Assembly: GCA_965224485.1 (NCBI GenBank)
Contig: CBDCZH010000010.1
Coordinates: forward strand, 192,001-256,000
Direction: 5' to 3'
Origin: Arcobacteraceae bacterium
Lineage (GTDB): Bacteria > Campylobacterota > Campylobacteria > Campylobacterales > Arcobacteraceae
DNA: 64,000 bases
Shown: piece by piece, positions 1 through 10,293 of the stretch
Numbering within the stretch: the first letter of the stretch is position 1
Layout: each line of letters begins with the position of its first letter
Made by a program: the position numbers and the translations under genes
Notes under the pieces: generated by a model
Database searches by the model: none
What the model saw: only the letters and a program-made list of their open reading frames with translations
Told to the model about the DNA's origin: nothing

Positions 1-2713
1 TCTTGAGTCTAATAAAAAACATATTGATACATATAAAACTTTTTTTGATGATGAAATTAAACCTATAATAAAAAGAGTTGATGGTGTTGCTGGAACTATG
101 GATATGGGTGGAACAAAACAAGAAATGCAAATTGTTTTTGATTCAAATAAATTAGCTTCTTATGGTTTAAGTATAGCTGAGGTTATTAGAACATTACAAA
201 ATGAAAATGTTGATGTTTCAGCAGGTGTTTTAAATTTAGATAGACGAGCATATAGAATAAGAACTGTTCATAAGTTCTCAAGCCCTAAAGATATAGAAGA
301 CCTTGTACTTATTTCAAATAGAGAACAAAGAGTTACAATATCTGATATTGCTTCTGTTGATTTTGGTTATGCAAGAGCTACGACTGTTGCTATGTATTTG
401 GGTAAAGATGGGCTTTTTTTAGGAGTTCAACCTAATTCTACTGTTAATATTGTAAAACTTACTAATGATGTTCAAAAAGTTGTAAATGAGTTAAATGAAA
501 CTATTTTAAAGAAAAATGAATTAAAAATTCATTGGATTTATGATCAGAGACCATATATTGTTGGCTCTGTTGATTTAGTGCAACAAAATATAATTATTGG
601 AGCTTTTTTAGCAATTTTAATTCTTATACTATTTTTACGATCTTTCTCACCTACTGCTGTAATTTCAGTTGCCATTCCTATTTCAGTAATTGGAACTTTT
701 ATTATTCTTGAACTTATGGGAAGATCTTTAAATACTATTTCTTTAGCTGGAATATCCTTTGCGGTTGGAATGTTAGTTGATTCAGCAATTGTTGTTTTAG
801 AAAATATAGACAGGCATAGAAAAGAAGGTATGAGTATAGCTGATGCTGCTTATTTAGGGGCAAGTGAAGTTTGGGGTGCATTAATTGCTTCAGCATTAAC
901 AACAATTGCTGTTTTCTTACCAATAGTATTTTTACAAGATGAAGCAGGGCAGTTATTTAGAGATATTGCAATTGCAGTAACAGCTGCTGTTACATTTTCA
1001 TTATTCGTATCAATTTCTGTTATTCCAATGTTATGGAGAAAATTTGCATCTGTTTCTAAAAAAGAAGTAAAGCAAGCAGGAAAGCTTGCAAAGTTTGGTG
1101 ATAAAATAGTTGATTTTATTATGCGTTTAGTTACCTTATCTCTTAAAAATGTACTTAATAAAATTATAACAATTGTTTCTCTAGGAGCATTTTCTGCTCT
1201 TATAATTTTTGCACTTTTTCCAAAACTTGATTATTTACCACAAGGGAATAAGAACTTAATTTTTAATATACTTATCACTCCTCCAGGGTTTTCTTATGAA
1301 GAAAGATATGAGATAGGTTCTTATTTGATGAAAAAAGTAGAACCTTATATTAATAAAGATGTAGGAGATACTCCTGGATTAAATAGAGCTTTTTATATTT
1401 CTTCTGGTAGTTTCACTTTATTTGGTGGAACATCTATGCACGAAGAAAGAGCAAAAGAGTTAATTCCAATGTTTGCTCCAATTGTAAATTCAATACCTTC
1501 AATTTTTGGAATATCAATTCAATCTGGTGTTTTTGAAGATGGTGTTGGTGAGGGGAATAGTGTAGATATTGATATCTCAGGTGAAAAAATTGAAGACTTG
1601 GCAAATGTGGGTGGTTTATTATTTGGAGCAATTAGACAAGGTATTAAAGGTGCACAAGTAAGACCTGTACCTTCAATTGAGCTCTTATATCCAGAAGTTA
1701 GAATTAAACCAAATCAAGATGCCTTAAAAGCTTTAGGTATGAATTCGTTTGAATTTGGAGTTGGAATTGATGTTTTAATGAGTGGTAGAAAAGTTGGTGA
1801 TTTCAATCAAGATGGAAAGAAAAAAATTGATTTAATTCTAAAAGCTAGTGATGATGTTATTGTTACTCCTGAGAATATAATGGCTGTTTCTTTAGCGCTT
1901 CCAAATAAATCATTAGTTCCAATATCTTCTTTGTCTACTTTTGAACATCTTACTGGAATATCTGTAATTAGACATTTAAGAGGAAAAAGAACAATTACCT
2001 TACAAGTTACTCCTCCTCCTGGTTTAACAATTGATGAGACTATGAAAAAGATTTCGTTTATGTTAAAATCTATGAAAGAAAAGAAATTAATTAGTAAAAG
2101 TGTAGAAATTGGTATTTCAGGAACTGCTGATAAATTATCTCAAACAATAGAAATGTTAACTTTAAACTTTTTATTAGCTTTAGTAATAGTATATTTATTG
2201 ATGTCAGCACTTTTTGGTAATTTTTTATACCCAATTGTAATTATGTTTACAGTTCCACTTGCAACTGCTGGTGGTTTTTTAGGACTTTATTTAACAAATA
2301 CTTTTATAGCAACACAAGCTTTAGATGTTTTAACTATGTTAGGATTTATTATTTTAGTTGGAATTGTTGTAAATAATGCAATTTTAATAGTACATCAAAG
2401 TTTAAACTATATAAGAAGTGGTGAGATGGATCATAAAGAAGCAGTAATTGCGGCAACTAGAACTAGAGTAAGACCTATTTATATGAGTTCACTTACTTCT
2501 ATTTTTGGTATGCTTCCTTTGGTATTGATTCCAGGTCCTGGAAGTGAGTTTTATAGAGGATTAGGTTCTGTAATTACAGGTGGTTTAGCTTTTTCTACAA
2601 TTTTCACTATTTTTGTAACCCCAGCTTTGCTGATGTTTTTTATTAAATTAGAACAAAAAATGAAGAAAAAATCTAATAAAGATTTTTTAAAACAAATTAA
2701 TAATGAATCATAA
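1..2713 (+). CDS. RND efflux transporter permease (AcrB/AcrD/AcrF family), 5'-truncated by the window edge
   Basis: Frame is open from position 2, upstream of the listed ATG at 98. RND motifs GMLVDSAIVVLENI, GIVVNNAIL and TRVRPIYMS; two blocks of transmembrane helices. Confidence 0.93.
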   Translation, partial: LESNKKHIDTYKTFFDDEIKPIIKRVDGVAGTMDMGGTKQEMQIVFDSNKLASYGLSIAEVIRTLQNENVDVSAGVLNLDRRAYRIRTVHKFSSPKDIEDLVLISNREQRVTISDIASVDFGYARATTVAMYLGKDGLFLGVQPNSTVNIVKLTNDVQKVVNELNETILKKNELKIHWIYDQRPYIVGSVDLVQQNIIIGAFLAILILILFLRSFSPTAVISVAIPISVIGTFIILELMGRSLNTISLAGISFAVGMLVDSAIVVLENIDRHRKEGMSIADAAYLGASEVWGALIASALTTIAVFLPIVFLQDEAGQLFRDIAIAVTAAVTFSLFVSISVIPMLWRKFASVSKKEVKQAGKLAKFGDKIVDFIMRLVTLSLKNVLNKIITIVSLGAFSALIIFALFPKLDYLPQGNKNLIFNILITPPGFSYEERYEIGSYLMKKVEPYINKDVGDTPGLNRAFYISSGSFTLFGGTSMHEERAKELIPMFAPIVNSIPSIFGISIQSGVFEDGVGEGNSVDIDISGEKIEDLANVGGLLFGAIRQGIKGAQVRPVPSIELLYPEVRIKPNQDALKALGMNSFEFGVGIDVLMSGRKVGDFNQDGKKKIDLILKASDDVIVTPENIMAVSLALPNKSLVPISSLSTFEHLTGISVIRHLRGKRTITLQVTPPPGLTIDETMKKISFMLKSMKEKKLISKSVEIGISGTADKLSQTIEMLTLNFLLALVIVYLLMSALFGNFLYPIVIMFTVPLATAGGFLGLYLTNTFIATQALDVLTMLGFIILVGIVVNNAILIVHQSLNYIRSGEMDHKEAVIAATRTRVRPIYMSSLTSIFGMLPLVLIPGPGSEFYRGLGSVITGGLAFSTIFTIFVTPALLMFFIKLEQKMKKKSNKDFLKQINNES

Positions 2714-2722
2714 AGGAAAAAA

Positions 2723-3961
2723 ATGAAAAAAAGAATAATTACTATTTTATTAATTTTAAGCGTAAATAGTTTGGCTTTAGACTTAGATGAAGCCTTAAAT
2801 ATTTCCTTAGAGAATAATTATGATATTTTAAGTAAAACTTATGAATATAAACAAAGTAAAGCAAATATAAATTTAAATAAAGCTTCCTTATTTCCACGTT
2901 TAGACTTGTCTTATTCTTATAATCATAAAAACAAAGTTCAAAGTAATCAGAATAAAGAAGATTCTGTATCAAAAGTTCTTATCTCTTATAACTTATTTAA
3001 TGGTTTTAAAGATTTAAAAAATTTTTCAAGTGCTAAGTATTTGTCTTCTTCTTCAAGATTCTTTTTAGAAGCTTCAAAAGAAGATATTTTATTACAAACT
3101 AAAGAAACATATATCAAAGTATTAGAGAAAAAACGAAATTTAACTACTTATGAAGATGCATACAAACTTTTCTTGAAACAATACGCTGATGCAAATAACA
3201 AACATAATGAAGGAATACTTGCTAAAAACGATTTATTAAAAGTTCAAGTAAATACTTTAGATGCGAAACAAGATGTTATTAAAGCAAGAAGTGACTTAGA
3301 AATTTCAAGATATGAGCTTAGTAATATCTTAGGTGGATATAATCTTTTTAAAGTAAAAATAAAAGATTTAGAACTAAATACTTTAGATAAAGTATTTACT
3401 GATAAAAATCTAGAAAATAGAAGTGAACTATTGGCGTTAAAGATGAATATAAAAAGTGCAAAAGCTAATTTAAGCTCTAGTAAAAGTGGTTTTTATCCAA
3501 AAGTAGATGCGAGTATATCATATAATAAATATGGTGATGATGAGCAAATAGGAGGAAGTTCTTCTTATCCTAAGACGCAAAAAATAGCGAATATAAGTCT
3601 TTCTTGGAATGTATTTTCTGGTTATTATGATAAATCACTTATACAAATTAGTAAGAGTAAAGTACATCAAGCCAGTATTTCTTATAATAAAGCAAAATTA
3701 GATATAAAATTACAGTATCAAAATGCTATTTCTTCTTATGAAGTTGCTAAGTTAAATTATAAAACATCTATCATATCTTTAGAACAAGCAAAATTAAATT
3801 ATGAAATTGTAGCAAATAGATTTAAAGAAGGACTTTCTTCAACTACTGATTTAGTTGATGCTAATTATTTATTAAGTTCATCAAAACATAGGTATTATAA
3901 ATCTTATTATGATAATTTTTTAGCTATTGCTAGTTTAGAGAGAATTACTCAAAGTAAGTAA
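2723..3961 (+). CDS. TolC-family outer membrane efflux protein
   Basis: Signal peptide, two OEP-type repeats (FPRLDLSYS / YPKVDASIS), directly after the RND gene with an AAGGA RBS. Confidence 0.9.
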   Translation: MKKRIITILLILSVNSLALDLDEALNISLENNYDILSKTYEYKQSKANINLNKASLFPRLDLSYSYNHKNKVQSNQNKEDSVSKVLISYNLFNGFKDLKNFSSAKYLSSSSRFFLEASKEDILLQTKETYIKVLEKKRNLTTYEDAYKLFLKQYADANNKHNEGILAKNDLLKVQVNTLDAKQDVIKARSDLEISRYELSNILGGYNLFKVKIKDLELNTLDKVFTDKNLENRSELLALKMNIKSAKANLSSSKSGFYPKVDASISYNKYGDDEQIGGSSSYPKTQKIANISLSWNVFSGYYDKSLIQISKSKVHQASISYNKAKLDIKLQYQNAISSYEVAKLNYKTSIISLEQAKLNYEIVANRFKEGLSSTTDLVDANYLLSSSKHRYYKSYYDNFLAIASLERITQSK

Positions 3962-3966
3962 TAAAC

Positions 3967-3998
3967 TTGTAAAACTAAATAAAAATTTAGTTTTACAA
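3967..3998. terminator. Bidirectional intrinsic terminator-like hairpin
   Basis: Perfect 14-bp inverted repeat TTGTAAAACTAAAT-AAAA-ATTTAGTTTTACAA between convergent genes. Confidence 0.7.
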
Positions 3999-4002
3999 AT
4001 AT

Positions 4003-4299
4003 TTATTTATTTTTTTTCTTATTCCTGTTTTTTTCACTCATATAAGAGAAATAAGATTGAGAAGTTTTTATTTTCTTATTAGTACCAAAAGATTTTTTCC
4101 ATTTAAGATCTTGGTGTACTTTAGTAGCATCTCTTCCCCCACCAAGTCTTGACTTAAAGTTTCCAAAACTTTTAGTTGAACCACCAGAAAAAAAGTTCTT
4201 TGGTAAGAAATAATATACTACAGAACCTAAAAGTATTACAATAATTAAAGTACTTGTAATAGATGCTTTTTTAAAGTTATTTTTTTTAATATTTGCCAT
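4003..4299 (-). CDS. Hypothetical small basic protein with one transmembrane helix
   Basis: 98-aa ORF with an AAGG RBS, hydrophobic stretch LIIVILLGSVVYYFL and a Lys-rich tail. Confidence 0.6.
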   Translation of the reverse strand: MANIKKNNFKKASITSTLIIVILLGSVVYYFLPKNFFSGGSTKSFGNFKSRLGGGRDATKVHQDLKWKKSFGTNKKIKTSQSYFSYMSEKNRNKKKNK

Positions 4300-4361
4300 T
4301 ATTTACGCCTATTATTGATTATTTAATAATAACATATAAAATATTAAATAAAAATAAATAC

Positions 4362-4709
4362 TTATCTTGGAATAACAGTTCCATTAATCATTAAAATTTC
4401 ATGACCTTCTTCAGAAATTTTTTCACTTCCCCAAATTGGGTCAAAAACTAAGCTTACTTCTGCTTCATCTATATAATCAATGCTTAAGCAAGCTTCTTTT
4501 ACTTCATCTAGTAATGCATCTGCAACAGGGCAAGCAGGTGAGGTTAGAGTCATATTTATATAAACAAAAAGATAATTATCTTTTTGCTTGAATTCTATAT
4601 CATAAATCAAACCTAAATCATAAACATTAACAGGAATTTCAGGGTCGTAAACATGTTTTAATCTATGAATTACTTCTTCTTTTATCTCTTTTATATTAAA
4701 ACCTCCCAT
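4362..4709 (-). CDS. sufT: DUF59 metal-sulfur cluster assembly factor (SufT-like)
   Basis: VYDPEIPVNVYDLGLIY and MTLTSPACP motifs; last gene of the suf run. Confidence 0.88.
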   Translation of the reverse strand: MGGFNIKEIKEEVIHRLKHVYDPEIPVNVYDLGLIYDIEFKQKDNYLFVYINMTLTSPACPVADALLDEVKEACLSIDYIDEAEVSLVFDPIWGSEKISEEGHEILMINGTVIPR

Positions 4710-4711
4710 AA

Positions 4712-5125
4712 TTAAACCTCACTTTTTTGTGCATATTCTTTTATTTTTTTAATCATACCAATTACTCCACTTTGTCTATTGGGTGTTATTATTTCACTTA
4801 AATTAAGCTCATGTAACATATCTAAATCAAGATTTTTTAATATTTTCGCTTCTTGGTTTGAAAAAATATCTAATAAAATATAAATCAAACCTTTTACGAT
4901 AACAGCGTCTGATGTACCTTCAAAATATAAGATATTATCTTTTTGTTTTGTTATTAACCATACTTGAGAGGTACAACCATGTACAATATTTGCTGGTATC
5001 TTATACTCATCTTTAAAAATAGCTAGTTTTTTACCTAAATCAATTATATACTCATACTTATCTAAGTCATTATCAAATATTTCCAAATTTTCTTTATATT
5101 TTAGGATTTTATTTTTTATACTCAA
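4712..5125 (-). CDS. sufE: Cysteine desulfuration protein SufE
   Basis: VHGCTSQVW, SDAVIVKGL and TPNRQSG motifs; TTG start. Confidence 0.92.
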   Translation of the reverse strand: MSIKNKILKYKENLEIFDNDLDKYEYIIDLGKKLAIFKDEYKIPANIVHGCTSQVWLITKQKDNILYFEGTSDAVIVKGLIYILLDIFSNQEAKILKNLDLDMLHELNLSEIITPNRQSGVIGMIKKIKEYAQKSEV

Positions 5126-5126
5126 G

Positions 5127-6311
5127 TTAATCCTTTAACATTTTTATAGAGAGTATTAAAGCTTTAATAAAAGCTTTGATATCTTCTTTGTCATTATAAA
5201 AAGCAAGAGATACTCTTATTGTTCCTTTTATTCCTAAAGCCTTCATAATAGGTTGGGCACAGTGATGACCAACTCTAATTGCAATATTTTGTTTTGCTAA
5301 AAGTATTCCTATATCATCATTTGAAATATCTTTTATACAAAAACTTCTTGAAGCTGTTGAATTTTTATTATCATTGTACATAATAATATCAGGAATACTT
5401 AATAGTTCTTTATATAAACAATCATATAAATCTTTTTCTATTTTTTGTATTTTTTCATAAGTAACAAAAGATATTAGCTCTAAAGCTTTAGAAAAAGATA
5501 CGACAGCTGATATATTTTGAGTACCTGCTTCAAACTTGTAAGGTGATCTTAATAAAGTTGAAGAGTTAAAGTCAACTTCTTCTATAGTCGCTCCTCCTGT
5601 TTGATATGGTTCTACTGAGTCTAAGAATTTAGTTTTAATATAAATAGCTCCAAGACCAGTTGCTCCAAAAGTTTTATGAGCAGACATTGCAAAAAAGTCC
5701 ACATCAAGGTCTTGCATGTCTACTTTAGTATGAGCTAAACTCTGAGCTGCGTCTATTAGAACTACAGCTTGGTACTTATGAGCTAGTTTTGTAATTTTTT
5801 TTATATCATGGATTACTCCAAAAGCATTTGAAATATGGGTAATACTAACAAAAGCTTCTTTATTGTTTTTAAGTAAAAGCTCGAAATCATCATAATCAAA
5901 TTCTAAATTATCTTTATACTTTACAACTTCTAAACCCTTGTGCAAAGATCTATCTTGCATATGCCAAGGTGTTATATTTGAGTGATGCTCTAATGAAGAA
6001 ATTATTACTGTTTTAAAACTTTTAGCAAAACTTGAGGCAATAAAATTTATAGCTTCGCTTACACCTTTTGTAAAAATAATTTCTTCTACTTTTGAAGCAT
6101 TTATAAACTCTTTTAAATCTTTTCTTGTTTTTTCAAATAAAGTAGTTGCTTTATTTGCAGTATCATAAGAACCTCTATGTGTATTTGCACAATAATGCGT
6201 ATAATACTTAGATATTTCATCTATTAGCGTTTGTGGTTTTTGTGTTGTTGCTGCATTATCTAAATATACAGTTTTAGAATTTTTAAAATATGGAAATAAT
6301 TCTTTATACAT
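5127..6311 (-). CDS. sufS: Group II cysteine desulfurase SufS
   Basis: YLDNAATTQKP, PLP lysine in SAHK, group II motif RVGHHCAQP. Confidence 0.93.
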   Translation of the reverse strand: MYKELFPYFKNSKTVYLDNAATTQKPQTLIDEISKYYTHYCANTHRGSYDTANKATTLFEKTRKDLKEFINASKVEEIIFTKGVSEAINFIASSFAKSFKTVIISSLEHHSNITPWHMQDRSLHKGLEVVKYKDNLEFDYDDFELLLKNNKEAFVSITHISNAFGVIHDIKKITKLAHKYQAVVLIDAAQSLAHTKVDMQDLDVDFFAMSAHKTFGATGLGAIYIKTKFLDSVEPYQTGGATIEEVDFNSSTLLRSPYKFEAGTQNISAVVSFSKALELISFVTYEKIQKIEKDLYDCLYKELLSIPDIIMYNDNKNSTASRSFCIKDISNDDIGILLAKQNIAIRVGHHCAQPIMKALGIKGTIRVSLAFYNDKEDIKAFIKALILSIKMLKD

Positions 6312-7200
6312 TAAAGTCCTTATATAAATCTAAAATTAATTTTTTTAATTCTTGATTTGAAATTTTATCATATATTTTACTTTCAATCGCTTTTAAAAGT
6401 ATGTTTGTAGCTTTTTTTAAACTAAGCCCTCTTTGCTGTAAATAAAAGAGCTCTTCTTCATTTAAAGAGCCTGTTGTCGCTCCATGGCTAGCTTTTAATT
6501 CATTTGTTTCTATCTCTAAGTGCGGGTTTGCATAAATTATTGCATCATTACTTAATAAAATAGTATTTGAACTTTGATAGGCTTCACTAAATAATGCATC
6601 TTTAGTAATTTTACTTAAAGCTTCAAAGTGAACTTTTGAAGAATCATCTAAAATATGTTTAAAATCTAAAGATGAAAAAGTATTTTGATTTTCATGAATT
6701 ATATGTATTAAATTAGATACTTCGCTTTTATTTTTTGTTTTAACTAATGCACTTATAGTTAGTTTCGCTTTTTTGTTTTTTAAAATAGAGTTAAATTTAC
6801 TAATAGCTTGTTTTGAGCCAAAATCAAAAAGATTTATACTTAATGATGAAGATTCTTCTAAAAAAGAGTTAAAATCATATTCTAAATTTGAAAAACTATC
6901 TAATACTTGTATTTTATTATAAATCAATTTAGAGTTTTGATCTATTATCACTTCTCTTGTTAGCTTGTACTCTTTATCTTCATTTTCTTCATTTTGAAAA
7001 TCTATTATCTCTAAGAGTTCAACTTCTGAATTTTCTTCAATATATATTTTTAATTTTTGAGTTTTATTTTGATTTATTAAAATAATATTATTTGAAGATT
7101 CTTTTATTCTTATTTCATTTATTTCTTTATTTAAAAAAATATATTCTAAGTTTTTGTTAAAATTATTTGAATTATTTGAATTATTTGAATTATTTTTCAT
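6304..7200 (-). CDS. sufD: Fe-S cluster assembly protein SufD (short form)
   Basis: ANPHLEI...KASHGATTG...LFYLQQRG C-terminal signature; lies between sufC and sufS. Confidence 0.9.
   Translation of the reverse strand: MKNNSNNSNNSNNFNKNLEYIFLNKEINEIRIKESSNNIILINQNKTQKLKIYIEENSEVELLEIIDFQNEENEDKEYKLTREVIIDQNSKLIYNKIQVLDSFSNLEYDFNSFLEESSSLSINLFDFGSKQAISKFNSILKNKKAKLTISALVKTKNKSEVSNLIHIIHENQNTFSSLDFKHILDDSSKVHFEALSKITKDALFSEAYQSSNTILLSNDAIIYANPHLEIETNELKASHGATTGSLNEEELFYLQQRGLSLKKATNILLKAIESKIYDKISNQELKKLILDLYKDFNV
7161..7196. repeat. 9-bp tandem repeat (AATTATTTG) x3+ encoding NNSNNSNNSNN at the SufD N-terminus
   Basis: Seen directly in the sequence. Confidence 0.8.
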
Positions 7201-7948
7201 TATCTTTAAATCCTATTTTTTCAAAACCATTTTTTTGTATTTCTAAAGCAAGAGAATAGTCTCCTGTTTTAATTATCTTTCCATCTTTCATGATGTGTAC
7301 AAAATCTGGTTTTATTAATTCTAATAATCTATCATAATGAGTAATCATTAAAAGGGCTTTTTTCTTATTTTTCATCATGTCATTTATTACATTTGCAACT
7401 ACTTTAATAGCATCAATATCAAGACCTGAATCAATTTCATCAAGTATTATAAGTTCTGGATTTAATATAAGAAGTTGAATAAGTTCATTTCTTTTTTTTT
7501 CTCCCCCTGAAAATCCTTCATTTAAATTTCTTTTTAATAATTTACCATCAATATCAAACTCTTTTATCTTGCTTTTTATCTCTTTTAGAAAAGACAAGGC
7601 ATCTAGTTCATCTTTTTTTAAATAAGCTCTTTTAGCATTTAGGGCAGATTTTAAAAAGTAAGTATTATTAACTCCTGCTATTTCAACTGGATTTTGAAAA
7701 GATAAAAAAACACCTTCATTTGCTCTTTTTTCTACACTCATTTTTAACAAGTCTTTATTTTTATATTTTATACTTCCCTCTTGTACCTTACAATCATAAT
7801 GTCCTACAAGTGTTTTAGCTAGAGTTGATTTTCCAGCTCCATTTACTCCCATAAGAACATGTATCTCACCCTCATTTATTTGTAAATTTAAATCTTTTAA
7901 TATGTTTTTTTGTTCAATTTGAACACTTAAGTTTTTAATTTCTAACAT
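7190..7948 (-). CDS. sufC: Fe-S cluster assembly ATPase SufC
   Basis: Walker A GVNGAGKS, FSGGEKKRNE signature, LDEIDSGLDIDA. Confidence 0.96.
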   Translation of the reverse strand: MLEIKNLSVQIEQKNILKDLNLQINEGEIHVLMGVNGAGKSTLAKTLVGHYDCKVQEGSIKYKNKDLLKMSVEKRANEGVFLSFQNPVEIAGVNNTYFLKSALNAKRAYLKKDELDALSFLKEIKSKIKEFDIDGKLLKRNLNEGFSGGEKKRNELIQLLILNPELIILDEIDSGLDIDAIKVVANVINDMMKNKKKALLMITHYDRLLELIKPDFVHIMKDGKIIKTGDYSLALEIQKNGFEKIGFKDNEK

Positions 7949-9384
7949 TATCCTACACTTCCTTCTAAGGTTATATCTAATAAGGCTTTTGCTTCAACTG
8001 CAAACTCCATTGGTAATTCTTGTAATACTTCTTGACAAAATCCATTTACTATCATTGAAATTGCATTTTGTGTAGAAAAACCTCTTTGCTGTAAAAAAAA
8101 TAGTTGTTCGTCTGATATTTTTGAAGTAGTCGCTTCATGCTCAACGCTTGAGCTTTTATTTCTTATTTCGTGATATGGATAAGTATTTGCCTTACACTTA
8201 TCTCCAATTAATAAAGAATCACATTCAGAGATATTTCTAGAATTGCTGGCATTTTTACCCATTCTTACTAATCCTCTGTATGAGTTAACTCCTTTAAGTG
8301 CTGATATTCCTTTTGAAATGATAGTTGATTTAGTATTTTTACCTAAATGTATCATTTTTGAACCAGTATCTGCTTGCTGAGCTTTTGAAGATATTGCAAC
8401 AGAGTAAAACTCTCCCACACTATTATCACCTTTTAAAATACATGAGGGATATTTCCAAGTTACTAGTGCCCCTGTTTCAACTTGAGTCCATGATATTTTT
8501 GAATTATCACCTAAGCATTTACCTCTTTTTGTAACAAAGTTTAAAATTCCACCTTTTCCATTTATATCACCAGGATACCAATTTTGAATAGTTGAGTATT
8601 TGATTTGAGCGTCTTTTAAAGCAATTAACTCAACAACAGCTGCATGAAGTTGCTTTTGGTCTCTACTTGGAGCTGAACACCCTTCATTGTATGAAACATA
8701 AGAGTTTTCATCTGCTATTATAATTGTTCTTTCAAATTGACCTGTATCTAAAGCATTTATTCTAAAATATGTTGATAGTTCCATTGGACATCTTGTATTT
8801 GGTGGAATATAAACAAACGAGCCATCTGTAAAAACACAAGAGTTTAAAGCTGAGAAAAAATTATCACCAACTGGAACAACAGAAGTTAAATATTTTTTTA
8901 AAAGTGCTGGATGTTTTTTTGATGCTTCTGAAATAGAACAAAAAATAATTCCTAGTTTTTCTAATTCATCTTTATATGTTGTTTTAATAGAAACTGAATC
9001 AAAAACAGCATCAACTGCAACTCCTGCTAGTTGTTTTTGTTCTTCTAGTGGAATTCCTAGTTTTTCATATGTTTCTAAAATATTTGGATCAATTTCATCT
9101 AAAGAGTTTAGTGCTTTTAATGGGGCTGAGAAATATGAAATATCTTGAAAATCTATTTTTGGATAGTTTAATGTTGCCCAAGATGGTTCAGTCATTTTTT
9201 GCCATCTTTTATATGCTTTTAAACGAAAGTCTAATAACCAAGAAGGTTCTTCTTTTTTAGCAGATATTGCTTTTATTACATCTTCATTTAAACCTTTTGC
9301 AAATGTTTCACTTTTTACAAGTGTTTCAAAGCCTAATTTATAGTCATCTTCTAAGATTTTTTTAATTTCTTTATTAGCACTCAC
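7948..9384 (-). CDS. sufB: Fe-S cluster assembly protein SufB
   Basis: [25 protein letters not shown] and EHEATTSKI motifs; GTG start with an AAGGA RBS. Confidence 0.97.
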   Translation of the reverse strand: MSANKEIKKILEDDYKLGFETLVKSETFAKGLNEDVIKAISAKKEEPSWLLDFRLKAYKRWQKMTEPSWATLNYPKIDFQDISYFSAPLKALNSLDEIDPNILETYEKLGIPLEEQKQLAGVAVDAVFDSVSIKTTYKDELEKLGIIFCSISEASKKHPALLKKYLTSVVPVGDNFFSALNSCVFTDGSFVYIPPNTRCPMELSTYFRINALDTGQFERTIIIADENSYVSYNEGCSAPSRDQKQLHAAVVELIALKDAQIKYSTIQNWYPGDINGKGGILNFVTKRGKCLGDNSKISWTQVETGALVTWKYPSCILKGDNSVGEFYSVAISSKAQQADTGSKMIHLGKNTKSTIISKGISALKGVNSYRGLVRMGKNASNSRNISECDSLLIGDKCKANTYPYHEIRNKSSSVEHEATTSKISDEQLFFLQQRGFSTQNAISMIVNGFCQEVLQELPMEFAVEAKALLDITLEGSVG

Positions 9385-9393
9385 ATCTTATCC

Positions 9394-9426
9394 TTTTAAA
9401 TAGGACTCTTTTTATCCTATTTAAAA
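9394..9426. promoter_or_regulatory. Palindromic operator upstream of sufB (IscR/Rrf2-like)
   Basis: Perfect 12-bp inverted repeat TTTTAAATAGGA-N9-TCCTATTTAAAA between a TGc-TACTAT extended -10 (minus strand, 9426-9434) and the sufB RBS; a near-copy lies upstream of nifS. Confidence 0.65.
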
Positions 9427-9475
9427 TAGTAGCATACTTTTCATAAAATAAGTAAATGATTAAAGATATAAGTAT

Positions 9476-10282
9476 TTAATTACTTTGAATTTTTCTTTCT
9501 AAAGAATTAGCATAATATGAAATAGGATAGGTTAAAATCAAATAACCTAAAGCTAATGGAATATAAGATTCTAGGGTTGAATATGTATATGCATTTACTT
9601 CTTGTGCATTCATAGTAAACTCACTAATTGATATAATTGATAATAAAGAAGAATCTTTAATAATAGAAGCAAACTGTCCAGCAAGGGCAGGTAACATTCT
9701 TTTAAAAGCTTGTGGAAAAATTACATAAACATACATTTGATAATTACTTAATCCTAAAGCTTTTGCTGCTTCAAATTGTTCTTTATCTACACTTTTAAGA
9801 GCTGCTCTTATAATCTCAGATACATAAGCACCTGAAAAAAGAGCTAAGATAACAACTCCTACTATATATCTATTATCTAAACCAAGATTATTTGCAAAAA
9901 CATAAAAAAATATTAAAATTTGAACAAGTAATGGAGTTCCTCTTATAATTTCAATATAAAATCTTGAAAAAAATCTAAGTAGTATTATTTTTGAATTTTG
10001 CCCATAAGAGAAAAAAATTCCAATTATAAAACTTAAAATTAATGCAAAGAATGAGATTACAATAGTTATAATAAAACCATCAATGAATTTTTGCTTGTAT
10101 TGCCAAACACTATCCCAGTGAAAATCATAAGAGATATTTGAAAACATAAAATAAAAAGTTAAAAAAACTATAATACTTAATAATAAGAAGTTAAAAGCAT
10201 AAACTCTTTTGCTTATGCTTTTATGTTTTTTTAAATCAATTTCACTAATAAAATATTTAAAATATTGTTTGAAAAAATTAAT
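9476..10282 (-). CDS. Polar amino-acid ABC transporter permease
   Basis: IRGTPLLVQI and EAA loop (EQFEAAKALGL). The frame stays open 45 codons upstream of the listed ATG (10147) to an ATT at 10282 with an AAGG RBS, so the start is uncertain. Confidence 0.88.
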   Translation of the reverse strand: MNFFKQYFKYFISEIDLKKHKSISKRVYAFNFLLLSIIVFLTFYFMFSNISYDFHWDSVWQYKQKFIDGFIITIVISFFALILSFIIGIFFSYGQNSKIILLRFFSRFYIEIIRGTPLLVQILIFFYVFANNLGLDNRYIVGVVILALFSGAYVSEIIRAALKSVDKEQFEAAKALGLSNYQMYVYVIFPQAFKRMLPALAGQFASIIKDSSLLSIISISEFTMNAQEVNAYTYSTLESYIPLALGYLILTYPISYYANSLERKIQSN

Positions 10283-10293
10283 TTTTATACCTT

